Below, in pieces: positions 25,652 through 35,466 of a DNA stretch of 64,000 bases. The position numbers and the translations under genes were made by a program. A model generated the notes under the pieces. That model made no database searches. It was not told the origin of the DNA and saw nothing but the letters and a program-made list of their open reading frames with translations. The stretch's first letter is position 1; each line of letters opens with the position of its first letter. Origin of the DNA: Candidatus Woesearchaeota archaeon. GTDB taxonomy: Archaea; Nanobdellota; Nanobdellia; Woesearchaeales; JAGVYF01. Where the stretch lies: NCBI GenBank assembly GCA_023264635.1, contig JAHFLT010000004.1:5991-69990 (forward strand). Direction: 5' to 3'.

Positions 25652-26748
25652 TGGACACACGGACGGAAAGATATCAGGAACATGCACGACCTATTTCTCC
25701 TAAAAATCCCTTCAGCGAACTCTCTGTAGAGAAATATCTCGTGCCAGTAGTCTTTCCAGAAAAAGATAAAGTTGTCATCTCAATCAGCGAAGACGTGCAG
25801 TGCTTCATTCCATCAGTTTTAGCAAAAAAGGGGGTTATCTGTGTACCGTTGGCAAAGGCAGAAGAGTATGTGAAGTCATACCTAAAAGAGCAAAGCAGAG
25901 AAGCAGTGACAGAAGCAGTAACAAATACAATTCTCTCCACAACAGGTTTTTTTCTATTGGTCCCGCCTAATGTAGAGGTGGAAGCTAAAATAATATCCTA
26001 TGCAAATGCGCTAACCGCAGACAAAAACATTATTGTTGTCGAAAAAAACAGCTCACTTAAGTTGCTTCATGAGGTTCAAGCAGCTGGTCAGAAGACAGCA
26101 CGATGCAGTGCAATCACCGTTATAGGCAAAGAACATGCTACGATAACTATTTTCCATCTCCTTTATGCCCGCAATGAAAAAACAAATATCGTAGAGAATA
26201 TTGTGCTTGATGCGCACGCGTCATTACATCGCGTCGTAGCCCACGTCGAAGGGGAGAACCTCAAAGTACATTCCACCATTACATTGGCAGGTGAATATGC
26301 TCAGGTTGATGATAAGGAACTCTTTTTGTGCAGCAAAACTCAACAATATGTGTTCGACACTATAATACATCACAAAGCAAGTTACACTGTTTCTAATGCA
26401 GTCATCAAAGGGGTAGCTAAAGATGCAGCATCATGCAAAGCAAGAGGCATTGTAAGAATAGACAAAGATACGAAACAGACATCCTCAAACCTTTCTGAAC
26501 ATGTACTCTTACTCAATAAAGGAGCGAAAGCAGATGCCATTCCGAGTATGGAGATAGAAGCACTTGACGTGCAAGCGAGACATTCAGCTTCTGTTAGCCA
26601 TTTAGATGAGAACCAGCTTTTTTATGCTATGGCTCGTGGGATTCCGCTCGATGAAGCACGGAAAATGATTGTATTTGGCTTTCTTTCAGCAGTAAGCGAA
26701 TCTATCCCGAATATTCAGGACATGCTAACCCGTAAAATGGGTGAATAA
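25651..26748 (+). CDS. sufD: Fe-S cluster assembly protein SufD
   Basis: SufB/D beta-helix C-terminal pattern (HSASVSHLDENQLFYAMARGIPLDEA). The ATG overlaps the sufB stop (TAATG). Confidence 0.8.
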   Translation: MDTRTERYQEHARPISPKNPFSELSVEKYLVPVVFPEKDKVVISISEDVQCFIPSVLAKKGVICVPLAKAEEYVKSYLKEQSREAVTEAVTNTILSTTGFFLLVPPNVEVEAKIISYANALTADKNIIVVEKNSSLKLLHEVQAAGQKTARCSAITVIGKEHATITIFHLLYARNEKTNIVENIVLDAHASLHRVVAHVEGENLKVHSTITLAGEYAQVDDKELFLCSKTQQYVFDTIIHHKASYTVSNAVIKGVAKDAASCKARGIVRIDKDTKQTSSNLSEHVLLLNKGAKADAIPSMEIEALDVQARHSASVSHLDENQLFYAMARGIPLDEARKMIVFGFLSAVSESIPNIQDMLTRKMGE

Positions 26749-26749
26749 A

Positions 26750-28024
26750 ATGCAAGCCAGTTATATACAGGTCAGTGAAGAAATGCCACTCGGTAAAGAG
26801 AGGCAAGGCAGTAAAGAGATAGCTGTCAGTAAAGATTTTCCCATCCTGCAAACAAAGATCAGAGGAAAACCTCTTATCTACTTAGACAGTGCTGCCACCT
26901 CACAAAAACCACTTTCAGTGATCACTGCAATCGATACCTACTATAAAACAACAAATGCAAATATCCATCGTGGCCTGCATACGCTTTCTGGACAAGCGAC
27001 TGATCTCTATGAAGGAGCAAGGAAAAAGATAGCTACATTCATCGGTGCCAATGAAAAAGAAATTATCTTTGTACGGAATGCAACAGAAGCAATAAATCTT
27101 GTTGCACATACCTTGCACCCAAAGAGAGGAGACATGATTGTTTCTACCGTCATGGAGCATCACAGTAATATTGTGCCATGGCAGCAGGTGGCACAGCAGA
27201 CAGGAGCATTACTGGCTTTTATCCCTCTTACGAAAGAAGGTCTTCTTGATATGAAAAAAACAAATGTTTTATTTGCAAAAAAACCACTCCTTGTTGCATT
27301 CACTCATGTTTCTAATGTCCTTGGTACCATAAATCCCGTAAAGGAACTTGTTGCTCTGGCACATAAGTATGGAGCTCTCGTGCTTGTGGATGGTGCGCAG
27401 GCTGTTCCTCACATACATGTGAATGTCAAAGAGCTCGATGCAGATTTTTACGTTTTCTCTGGCCATAAGATGCTGGGTCCTACGGGTATTGGAGTTTTGT
27501 ATGGCAAAAAAGCATTGCTCGAAAAAATGGACCCTTTTCTCACAGGAGGAGACATGATAAAGGAAGTGGCTTTGGAAGGGAGCACGTGGAATGAGCTTCC
27601 ATGGAAATTTGAGGCAGGCACCCCGAATATAGCGGGAGCTATTGGTCTGGGAACAGCAGTCGATTACTTACAGTCTCTTGGTATGGAGAATATCCAGAAG
27701 CATGAGCAGGAATTGCTGCAGTACGCGCTGGAAAAGATGAAGTGCGTTGCTGGTGTGACTATGTATGGTCCTCTCTATGATCCCCTCATTCGTTCAGGCG
27801 TCATCGCATTCAATCTGGGAGATATACATCCACATGATCTTGCTAGTGTTCTGGACGATGAGGGAATTGCTATCCGCTCAGGGCATCATTGTGCGCAGCC
27901 CTTGATGCAGACCTTAGGTGTGTCAGCAACTGCCCGGATAAGCGTCTCTGTTTATACAACAAAAAAAGACATTGACGTATTCCTTGTAGCATTGGAAAAA
28001 GCCCGGAGGATATTTCGACTATGA
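26750..28024 (+). CDS. sufS: cysteine desulfurase SufS (class V aminotransferase)
   Basis: YLDSAATSQKP, the PLP-lysine context FSGHKMLGPTGIG, and the active-site Cys context RSGHHCAQP. Confidence 0.9.
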   Translation: MQASYIQVSEEMPLGKERQGSKEIAVSKDFPILQTKIRGKPLIYLDSAATSQKPLSVITAIDTYYKTTNANIHRGLHTLSGQATDLYEGARKKIATFIGANEKEIIFVRNATEAINLVAHTLHPKRGDMIVSTVMEHHSNIVPWQQVAQQTGALLAFIPLTKEGLLDMKKTNVLFAKKPLLVAFTHVSNVLGTINPVKELVALAHKYGALVLVDGAQAVPHIHVNVKELDADFYVFSGHKMLGPTGIGVLYGKKALLEKMDPFLTGGDMIKEVALEGSTWNELPWKFEAGTPNIAGAIGLGTAVDYLQSLGMENIQKHEQELLQYALEKMKCVAGVTMYGPLYDPLIRSGVIAFNLGDIHPHDLASVLDDEGIAIRSGHHCAQPLMQTLGVSATARISVSVYTTKKDIDVFLVALEKARRIFRL

Positions 28025-28431
28025 GTGCCGAAGCAATGTATGAAGAGATAATCCTGGATTACTATAGGCATCCACAGAATTTTGGGACGCTAGAGAAACC
28101 AGATATCAAAGCAAAGGATGTGAATATCTCCTGTGGTGATGAAGTGGAAATACAGATTGCAGTTAAAGAAGGGAAAATAGCGCAAATTATGTTCCATGGC
28201 AAAGGATGTGCTATTTCTCAAGCAGCGACGTCTATGCTTACCGAACACGTACAAGGAGTCTCGCTGGAAAAAGCAGCAAAAATCGCTAAGCAAGAGGTGT
28301 TAGATTTATTAAGTATCCCTATCTCTCCAATGAGGTTGAAATGCGCGTTGCTCGGTTTCAAAGTCCTCAAAGTAGGGTTATATTCCTATCTCGGTGAAAA
28401 AAGGGACGGAGATGAATGCGAAGATGAATGA
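28021..28431 (+). CDS. sufU: SufU/IscU-like sulfur acceptor-scaffold
   Basis: NISCGDEVEIQI, HGKGCAISQAATSM and PMRLKCALL give the three conserved Cys contexts. ATGA overlap with sufS. Confidence 0.85.
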   Translation: MSAEAMYEEIILDYYRHPQNFGTLEKPDIKAKDVNISCGDEVEIQIAVKEGKIAQIMFHGKGCAISQAATSMLTEHVQGVSLEKAAKIAKQEVLDLLSIPISPMRLKCALLGFKVLKVGLYSYLGEKRDGDECEDE

Positions 28432-28720
28432 AATAAACAAAGACGTTGTCGTAGAAGCATTAAAAACTGTTTTTGACCCAGAGATAGCCCTAGATATTTG
28501 GACAATAGGTTTGGTGTATGATGTTACGGTGGGAGGAAATAATGTAGATGTAACAATGACGTTAACTTCTCCCATGTGTCCCTATGGCCCACAGATACTA
28601 GAGGAAGTAGAGCATAAAGTCAAAGCAATTCCTAGTGTTAAGAATGTAAAGGTAAATCTTACTTTTGAGCCAGCATGGGAACCAAGTGAAGAGCTAAAAC
28701 TCCAATTGGGATTAGCATGA
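28412..28720 (+). CDS. DUF59 / SufT-like Fe-S assembly protein (start uncertain: 28394, 28412 or 28424)
   Basis: VVEALKTVFDPEIALDIWTIGLVYDV...TLTSPMCPYGP is the typical DUF59 signature. Confidence 0.75.
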   Translation: MNAKMNEINKDVVVEALKTVFDPEIALDIWTIGLVYDVTVGGNNVDVTMTLTSPMCPYGPQILEEVEHKVKAIPSVKNVKVNLTFEPAWEPSEELKLQLGLA

Positions 28721-28748
28721 AAAAGTGAGCAGAAGGAAGGTGAATGTA

Positions 28749-29342
28749 ATGCCATATGAAGTAAAACCGCTGAAATATAAGTCGTTGCCCGGATTGTCAG
28801 AGAAACAGCTCTCTGAACATCATGGCGTCCTCTACGCAGGATATGTCAAGAAAAGTAATGAGATACGAGAGAAATTGGCAAAGGTCGATCTCGCCAGCGC
28901 AAATGGCACATACAGTGACTTACGCGAATTGAAAGTTGAGGAAACATTCGCGGTAAACGGCGTGCGGCTCCACGAGGGATATTTTAGTACTATGGGTGGC
29001 CAAGGTGGCAAGCCAAATGGCACTATCGTAAAGTGGATAGAAGAAGATTTTGGCTCATTTGAGAAATGGGTAGAGGAATTCAAGGCAGAAGGGTTATGCG
29101 CGCGGGGGTGGGTTGTGCTCGCATTTGACCTTTACGACAAGAAATTATATAATTATGTATGTGATGTTCACAATCAAGGCGGTGTCTGGGGTTCTGTTCC
29201 CCTCTTGATTCTTGACGTGTACGAGCATGCATATTTCCTTGATTATGCAACAGCACGCAAAAAATACGTTGAGACGTTTATGGGTTTGATCGATTGGGAA
29301 GTTGTAAATGCGCTGGTTAGCGAATACGGGCTACGGAGGTAA
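28749..29342 (+). CDS. sod: Fe/Mn superoxide dismutase
   Basis: LSEHHGVLYAGYV (N-terminal His pair) and LDVYEHAYFLDY (the D..H metal ligands). The ATG at 28749 is preceded by AGGAAGGTGA. Confidence 0.9.
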   Translation: MPYEVKPLKYKSLPGLSEKQLSEHHGVLYAGYVKKSNEIREKLAKVDLASANGTYSDLRELKVEETFAVNGVRLHEGYFSTMGGQGGKPNGTIVKWIEEDFGSFEKWVEEFKAEGLCARGWVVLAFDLYDKKLYNYVCDVHNQGGVWGSVPLLILDVYEHAYFLDYATARKKYVETFMGLIDWEVVNALVSEYGLRR

Positions 29343-29344
29343 AA

Positions 29345-29917
29345 ATGGAACAAGCTATTACAAAGGATATGACAATTGGTGAAGTCGTTGAACAGCATCC
29401 TGAAGTCGTAGACACGTTGCTGGGCTTCGGCGTCCACTGTGTCGGTTGCGGTGTATCTGTCTTCGAAACGCTGGAAGAGGGATTAATGGGTCACGGGATG
29501 GGTGAGAAGGAAATTACCGAAGTTGTTATGAAACTGAATGATGTCGCAAGTAAATCCTCCGTCAAGAGAGAACATGTTCATGGAGGACAGAACAGCAATG
29601 GAAGCATAATATTGACTGATAAAGCAGCGGCAAAGTTGAAAGCGCTGTTGCATGAGGAAAAAGCTACTGGACTGAGAATACAGGTTGTCCCAGGAGGTTG
29701 TTCTGGATACCAGTATGCACTTGACTTTGTAGAAAAATCACAGCCCGAAGATAACGTGATTGAACAAAAAGGCATTACTGTGTACATTAATCCAGAAAGC
29801 ATGCAGATGCTGTCAGGAGCAACAGTTGATTATCTTGATGGGTTGCATGGTAGTGGGTTTAAGATTTCGAATCCCAATGCAGGCCATAGTTGCGGATGCG
29901 GAAAAAGTTTTGGATGA
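29345..29917 (+). CDS. fusion of a DUF1858-like redox-disulfide domain and a HesB/IscA-type Fe-S carrier
   Basis: N-terminus: MTIGEVVEQHPEVVDTLLGFGVHCVGCGVS. C-terminus: VVPGGCSGYQY...SNPNAGHSCGCGKSF, the IscA three-Cys signature. Confidence 0.8.
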   Translation: MEQAITKDMTIGEVVEQHPEVVDTLLGFGVHCVGCGVSVFETLEEGLMGHGMGEKEITEVVMKLNDVASKSSVKREHVHGGQNSNGSIILTDKAAAKLKALLHEEKATGLRIQVVPGGCSGYQYALDFVEKSQPEDNVIEQKGITVYINPESMQMLSGATVDYLDGLHGSGFKISNPNAGHSCGCGKSFG

Positions 29918-30033
29918 TTAACAGGATTCCAGTTTCAGTCTCTTTGATGTGGGAGAAATGACTTACCGTTAGGGTTATGAGCCTCTCGTCCAGTGATAAT
30001 ACGGTGGCTGCAACCCGGACGTCTTGGATATCT

Positions 30034-30058
30034 ATAGGCATTCAAAAATAGGCATTCG
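30034..30058 (+). repeat. ATAGGCATTC-AAAA-ATAGGCATTCG (contains second copy of the 20-nt repeat)
   Basis: 30039-30058 is identical to 2409-2428. It lies in a convergent intergenic region. Confidence 0.85.
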
Positions 30059-30135
30059 AAATTGTTTGTTCCTTCAAATATAATAGCGGAAATGGATATA
30101 GATTACTTACTGCCATTAGTATAGATTATTAAAAA

Positions 30136-30738
30136 TCACGGTTCAAACTTTATCGTCACAACATCTCCATCTCTAGCAGAATAATCCCTGAACAGTATGC
30201 TCTCCTGCTTATTGATCCACATCCTGACTTTTCCCGGTCTGCCTTCGCACAGGTCTCCTTCTTTCTTGTCGAAAAATGTTTTGTCAGAAAATTTCACACC
30301 AACCGCGTCCATGAATCGTCCGAGGGTTACATCATTTGGGTGAGAAACATATCCCTCAATATGGAGAACATCATCATCATGTGTATGAAGAAGTGGTAGT
30401 CCCCTGTGATGCGCTCCAGCACCAATGCGTGGCAAATCAACCTTCTTCCCGCAGAGTTCCATCTCAAGTTGCGTATGCCAGTGTACATTTCCCCCTCTAA
30501 AATCAGGTGCATGACTGTAATATGCGTAAGTCCAGTAGCTAAATCCAATTACCATCGCAAGAAATAAACCCCAGTACACAAAAAGTTTTCTGCGTTGTTC
30601 CCCTAAAAGTTGTTCGCGCGTTTCTGCAATTTGTTTATCACGTACATCTTCACGTACATCTCGTTTTTGTTGTTTTTGGTCGTGTTTGGAAAGTTCTGGT
30701 GGTGTTCCCGTATCCATCTCAGAACGTGATTCTTCCAT
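30136..30738 (-). CDS. membrane-anchored hypothetical protein with His-rich C-terminal domain
   Basis: One TM segment (LFVYWGLFLAMVIGFSYWTYAYY) after a charged N-terminus. The C-domain contains HWHTQLE and HHRGLPLLHTHDDD. Confidence 0.55.
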   Translation of the reverse strand: MEESRSEMDTGTPPELSKHDQKQQKRDVREDVRDKQIAETREQLLGEQRRKLFVYWGLFLAMVIGFSYWTYAYYSHAPDFRGGNVHWHTQLEMELCGKKVDLPRIGAGAHHRGLPLLHTHDDDVLHIEGYVSHPNDVTLGRFMDAVGVKFSDKTFFDKKEGDLCEGRPGKVRMWINKQESILFRDYSARDGDVVTIKFEP

Positions 30739-30740
30739 TA

Positions 30741-31745
30741 TTATAAGCTTTTCTCTGGTAGCGGAGAAAGCCTTTCTATAAGCTCAAATTTTTGACGTCT
30801 CCCAACTCGAGCGTGTTTCGCAGCATCCAAGAACAATGTGACGTAATGTTCACGTGACACATTACCAGCCCGTAATGCACTACAATTCCAGTCATGTGTC
30901 CTAGGATCATCAAAGCAAGGCGTCGCTCCATAAAACTGTGTTGAGATTGCCGCAAGACCGCGTATAGTTGCTGGGCCAATACCTGCCAGCGATAACAACT
31001 CCTCGAAATTCTTTGGTTTTGTTTCTCTTACAGTTGCCATATAATCCGGAAAGAAGCGCTTCGGCAAAGGCATGGTTGGGAAATGCGCATTAAAGAATGA
31101 ACGTTGTCCTACTTTGAGATTTTTCAATTGCTTATTCAGCCTATTGACAGGTTCATGCGCCAAATCAGTCATAGTCCTTCTTGCTTGGGAAGATGTTGGC
31201 GCAGTTAAGTCAAGCACCGTTTGTGATCTCTCCCCAATTATACCGGCATGTGGTGATTCAACAAAACTTTTTTTTTCGAGTGCCCAGTGATATCTTCTGG
31301 CATCTTGTCCAGTCAATTTCTGTGCTATAACCACCCAATGTCCGTGTTCATCGAAGACGATATAATGGAGTGCTAACTGTCCCGGTCCTTCTTGTATTGC
31401 ACAAGTATCTACTTTCTCCGTCATACGTAATGCTTTTAGAATAGGTGTATTGGTGTGTGTTTTTTTCTTTGTTGGAGCATTCTTGATTTTACCGTTGATT
31501 ATTGATACACCACAATCAGCGTTTTTTATCAACTCTAAGGCATGCTGCGTATGCCCAGAACTTCTCCAGTCAAGCCCAAGCGCTGCACTGAAAACAGAAA
31601 GGAACGGTGGATCTGAGATTTTTTGCAGGAATTGGTGTGAATCTGGTACAAACGGTTCCAGTAAGACGTTTGCCAAAGCCTGCATCTCGCGGAATGGCAT
31701 AGAAGAAGGGGTGTTTTTTCGACGATATAAAGGTTTGCACAACAT
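30741..31745 (-). CDS. DUF763-like protein (tentative)
   Basis: LGLDWRSSGHT, ARRYHW and a C-terminal helix-hairpin-helix-like LLSLAGIGPATIRGLA resemble the archaeal DUF763 family as I recall it. Not verified by search. Confidence 0.45.
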   Translation of the reverse strand: MLCKPLYRRKNTPSSMPFREMQALANVLLEPFVPDSHQFLQKISDPPFLSVFSAALGLDWRSSGHTQHALELIKNADCGVSIINGKIKNAPTKKKTHTNTPILKALRMTEKVDTCAIQEGPGQLALHYIVFDEHGHWVVIAQKLTGQDARRYHWALEKKSFVESPHAGIIGERSQTVLDLTAPTSSQARRTMTDLAHEPVNRLNKQLKNLKVGQRSFFNAHFPTMPLPKRFFPDYMATVRETKPKNFEELLSLAGIGPATIRGLAAISTQFYGATPCFDDPRTHDWNCSALRAGNVSREHYVTLFLDAAKHARVGRRQKFELIERLSPLPEKSL

Positions 31746-31775
31746 TTATATTTTGTTGCTTATTCGTGGATTTTG

Positions 31776-32246
31776 ATGGCAATAAAAAAATCACTGGAGA
31801 ATATCATACTGGTTGTAGGCATAACTGGTACCGTGTATAGATTTGGCAAAGCCTTTGGAGATGCGTGGGAAGCGGGAAGAGAGATAGGTGGAGCATACGC
31901 ATTTCTAGATGAAGCAAAGAGAGAAATTAGTATGTGGAAGACGTTGGATCGTTTAAGCAGTGAGGGAAAAGTGGATGAGTTTAAGCAGACGCTGCAAAAT
32001 ACCAAAATCTCGGCAAAAAACACTTTACTTCATAGTATAGAGCTGTATGAAGCTGGCAAGACTTCTCTAATGGACATTCAGAAGAAAGTGCATTATCTCC
32101 ACTTTACCTGTAATTATGCATACGGGCAGCAGTTGCCTCAGTGGTTAGAGATCCTAAAAAAATATGAAGAGAAAAGTTTACCTTGTGTAGTAGCGCAGAC
32201 ATTGATACACTCAATTATCTATGGCTCAAAACGTTTCAATGATTAA
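31776..32246 (+). CDS. hypothetical protein with N-terminal hydrophobic segment
   Basis: The ATG lies 27 nt downstream of ATTTATATTTT. No recognised motif. Confidence 0.45.
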   Translation: MAIKKSLENIILVVGITGTVYRFGKAFGDAWEAGREIGGAYAFLDEAKREISMWKTLDRLSSEGKVDEFKQTLQNTKISAKNTLLHSIELYEAGKTSLMDIQKKVHYLHFTCNYAYGQQLPQWLEILKKYEEKSLPCVVAQTLIHSIIYGSKRFND

Positions 32247-32644
32247 AGATATGATACAAGCACTACTGTGTTAAGTGCAAGCCAAAAAAGATCTTCAGCT
32301 ACTTCCCACCAGGATAATGGAATTTTGATGAATGTTCCGAAACAGCCACAGTTCTGCATCTTTTTCTTTTTCACTAATCCTATGATTAAGAATGTAATAG
32401 CACTAGCCAGCAGTAGTTCTGCTGCAACGCTGGCATATTTCGTGAAGAAGCTAAAGAGCAGCGCAAGTCCAGCGCCAGCTTCAGCAAAAGGAAGTGCATA
32501 TGCACTCGGCATAAGCATCCATGACGGAAGAATACCATAGAAAGCAATAATATTTCTAAAGCCTTTCAAATCAAAAAGTTTCATTGTGCCGCTTATCGTT
32601 AACAGCATCCCGATAACGTTCCTAAACAATTCAACCAATATCAT
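32243..32644 (-). CDS. MauE/DoxX-like integral membrane protein
   Basis: Four hydrophobic segments and the CGCFG motif (MQNCGCFGTF). The start is moved to MILVELF, where it overlaps the upstream micro-ORF stop (ATGA). Confidence 0.6.
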   Translation of the reverse strand: MILVELFRNVIGMLLTISGTMKLFDLKGFRNIIAFYGILPSWMLMPSAYALPFAEAGAGLALLFSFFTKYASVAAELLLASAITFLIIGLVKKKKMQNCGCFGTFIKIPLSWWEVAEDLFWLALNTVVLVSYL

Positions 32645-32769
32645 TTTGTACCTCTTTTTCTCATAAACCATTCATGGCCACATGATAAGCAAATATATAC
32701 TTTCTCTTCTAAAACACCATCAACATGTTCTGATTTGCAACGTGGACATTTCAGTTTCATTACATTCAT
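32641..32769 (-). CDS. zinc-ribbon micro-protein, 42 aa (not in ORF track)
   Basis: MNVMKLKCPRCKSEHVDGVLEEKVYICLSCGHEWFMRKRGTK has CxxC-N15-CxxC. AGGTGGA lies upstream, and the stop overlaps the MauE-like start. Confidence 0.45.
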   Translation of the reverse strand: MNVMKLKCPRCKSEHVDGVLEEKVYICLSCGHEWFMRKRGTK

Positions 32770-33008
32770 TTCCACCTAAAGTATCAGTCTTTCTTAAATT
32801 TTATCTGCAACACAATAAAAGCCATCACATTAGAGAGTGCAGAAACCACAATCACTATGGATAAGGTAATGAACGTGAAAAGTCATCCACCCAACAACGG
32901 AGAAACAACACTTCCTCCAAAATTAATTAGTAATTAGTGCAAATTTCATCACTGAAAAACGTATAGAGGTGGCGTCCATTTCTTTCACAGAGCAGCCAGA
33001 TCATAACT

Positions 33009-33653
33009 CTACATGAAGTATTTTAAAACCACAAACCCCCCAACAACCAAAAGGAATAGCATGAGAGACAGCACATTGAAGTATTTATCAAGGAATTCTT
33101 TGATTCTCGGGCCGAACAGAGAAAGGAGTGTCGCCACAAGGAAAAATCTTCCTGCACGGCCAAGCACGGAAGCCATGAAAAAGGGAAAGAATGCAACTTT
33201 CCATACGCCGGCTGCTATGGTAAAGACCTTGTAGGGGATAGGTGTGAAAGCAGCTCCAAACACTGCCCAGAAAATGTGATCTGCATATAACTTTCCCACT
33301 GCAGTAAAATACTGTTGGTATCCAAGCGTGGTGATTATCATTTTTCCAACAGCATCAAAAAAAAAGTAACCAATAAGGTAACCTGCTATTCCGCCAAGCA
33401 CTGAAGCTATTGTTGACAAAAATGCATACCAGAAAGCACGCTGTGGTTTTGAGACTGTGAGTGCTATTTGCAGAACATCTGGTGGGATAGGGAAAAAAGA
33501 GGACTCCGCAAATGAAATGCCAAACAATGCATACGTTCCATATTTACTGTTTGCCCAGGACAAAACCCAGTGATAGAGATGGTGCAAAATTCCGGAAGCG
33601 TAAAGGTGAATCCCCCTGACTGCTTCCTTACAGTGATGGTATAGGTATCGCAT
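33009..33653 (-). CDS. DedA/YqaA family membrane protein
   Basis: ALFGISFAESSFFPIPPDVL signature plus multiple TM segments. Confidence 0.75.
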   Translation of the reverse strand: MRYLYHHCKEAVRGIHLYASGILHHLYHWVLSWANSKYGTYALFGISFAESSFFPIPPDVLQIALTVSKPQRAFWYAFLSTIASVLGGIAGYLIGYFFFDAVGKMIITTLGYQQYFTAVGKLYADHIFWAVFGAAFTPIPYKVFTIAAGVWKVAFFPFFMASVLGRAGRFFLVATLLSLFGPRIKEFLDKYFNVLSLMLFLLVVGGFVVLKYFM

Positions 33654-33759
33654 GCATGATAAGAAGATATCACGTTAATAAATATTCCGTCAGGAATGTT
33701 TATATAGTAGCTTTCCAAGGTAATAAAGAGAATTACTGTCGTCTTTTTGAAAAAGAGGT

Positions 33760-35466
33760 GTGGTTGTGACGCTGAAAACGTTGGGAGACTATGTGGAGGC
33801 TACACTATCAACTCCGCAATTGAAGAGGACAACGCATACGTATATTGCAGACATGTTCCGTTTCTATACACGTGATGAACTCTTTCCCAGTATCAAGGGT
33901 AACAATGAACAGATTGCCCAGATGAGCCAGTATTTTCTCGGTGCAGCTGATAGAGGTTCATTATCTGAAAGACTTCTCCTCTTGCTTGGTCCTAATGGCA
34001 CTGGTAAAACAACTATGTGCAATGACATTAAGCAAGGGCTGATAAAATATTCTAAAACAGAATCAGGCATTGCATATGCAATAACCGATTGCCCGTTCAA
34101 CCAGCACCCCTTTGACCTTATCCCACCTGAAGAACGTGAAAACCATGGTATTATATGGTATCAGGACTCTGCGCCGTGTCCTGTGTGTGAAGTCAATCTC
34201 CAAAAGAATGAGAACAGGTGGAAAATGATTCCCGTCTCTCGTTTCTGGTACAAACCAAGGTATGGATTAGCGGAACATACAGCATCTGATGCACGGCGTG
34301 AAGACATAACTGAATTCCTGGGAGACATTGACTATTCCATGGTCCAGAAAGTTAAAGGATCAAAAGCCAATCCCGAAGCTTATGACTGGGCAGGGAAATT
34401 CGTCTGGGCTAACCGAGGCATCCTCGATTGGGATGAGATACTCAAATCAAGAAGACAGCTGCTGACACCATTGCTGATGCTCACGCAAAATAAAACAGTA
34501 GCATACCCCAAATTTCCCAAGCTTCATGTCGATACAGTCATCATTGGCGCAACCAACTGGGGTGAATATAAACAAGCACTTAAGGATGATTTGCTGGAAC
34601 CGCTTTTCGGCCGAGCTTTTGTGGTAGAGTTCCTTTACTCTCTTGACCCCCATGAGGAAACAGAAATAGTAAAACTTCGCGCTAAGCAGATGCAGGACTA
34701 TAGCAGATTTAAAGGAGAGAATACAGTTACCTGCATAAATGAACTTATTCTGGAAGGATATCTTTCAGAACTTATTGTTACCTCCCGTAAAGAATCAAAG
34801 GGTAAAGAAGGTTTGCCTCCTCGTGTTACGCTGGACATATTCTCTAATGCCTATATGAACGCATCTGCACATAAAGAGACGTGTATTTCTATTGATCGCT
34901 ACCGTGAGAGTTATAATACCATCCTTTCTTCAGAAGACAAAAAAAATCCAGACCTGAACAACCGTATGGGGCTTGATACAGCTATTGATGAAAAGGTAAA
35001 GGAAAAACTTAAGCTCTCGCTTTGGGAGTTTATCAAAGATATTTCCTGCACATCCAGTGATGAGTTCAAGCGTTTTGGCCAAAGCAAATATCTGGAGTAT
35101 CTCTCTATCATTGAAAAAAAGCAGATGGATATGAAAATTTCCGAGCGGGAGGCAGAGTTCTCTGCCAATGTTGCGCAATTACTTCCAAATGTGCACGACC
35201 ATGATTCCTTCGAGCGTATAATAGCCGAACGCCTTGAGGAGTACAAAAAATTGCATTATACACAGATGGATAAGCTTAAGCCAGCCATAAACGAGTTTGT
35301 ATCTGAGCATATCAAGACAATTTTGAAGAACTATGCATATAAAGCTGATATGTGCAGCGAAGCAGAAAAGACATTTGTCGAGGATATGGCAAATGTCTTT
35401 TCAAGTCACTCAGGTTGCAAAAAATGTGCACATGAGCTTTTATGTTTTCTTGGGGAAAACATATGA
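33760..35466 (+). CDS. prkA: PrkA family serine protein kinase / AAA-like protein
   Basis: LLLLLGPNGTGKTT (Walker A) in the PrkA N-terminal context, followed by yeaH and spoVR homologs. GTG start after AGAGGTG. Confidence 0.8.
   Translation: MVVTLKTLGDYVEATLSTPQLKRTTHTYIADMFRFYTRDELFPSIKGNNEQIAQMSQYFLGAADRGSLSERLLLLLGPNGTGKTTMCNDIKQGLIKYSKTESGIAYAITDCPFNQHPFDLIPPEERENHGIIWYQDSAPCPVCEVNLQKNENRWKMIPVSRFWYKPRYGLAEHTASDARREDITEFLGDIDYSMVQKVKGSKANPEAYDWAGKFVWANRGILDWDEILKSRRQLLTPLLMLTQNKTVAYPKFPKLHVDTVIIGATNWGEYKQALKDDLLEPLFGRAFVVEFLYSLDPHEETEIVKLRAKQMQDYSRFKGENTVTCINELILEGYLSELIVTSRKESKGKEGLPPRVTLDIFSNAYMNASAHKETCISIDRYRESYNTILSSEDKKNPDLNNRMGLDTAIDEKVKEKLKLSLWEFIKDISCTSSDEFKRFGQSKYLEYLSIIEKKQMDMKISEREAEFSANVAQLLPNVHDHDSFERIIAERLEEYKKLHYTQMDKLKPAINEFVSEHIKTILKNYAYKADMCSEAEKTFVEDMANVFSSHSGCKKCAHELLCFLGENI

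Noticed and set aside
30006-30016. GGCTGCAACCC, identical to the tRNA-Cys anticodon arm. I considered a split or half tRNA gene.
   Set aside because: There is no acceptor, D-arm or T-arm nearby. By my estimate an 11-mer match to a 72-nt query is expected by chance in a window this size.
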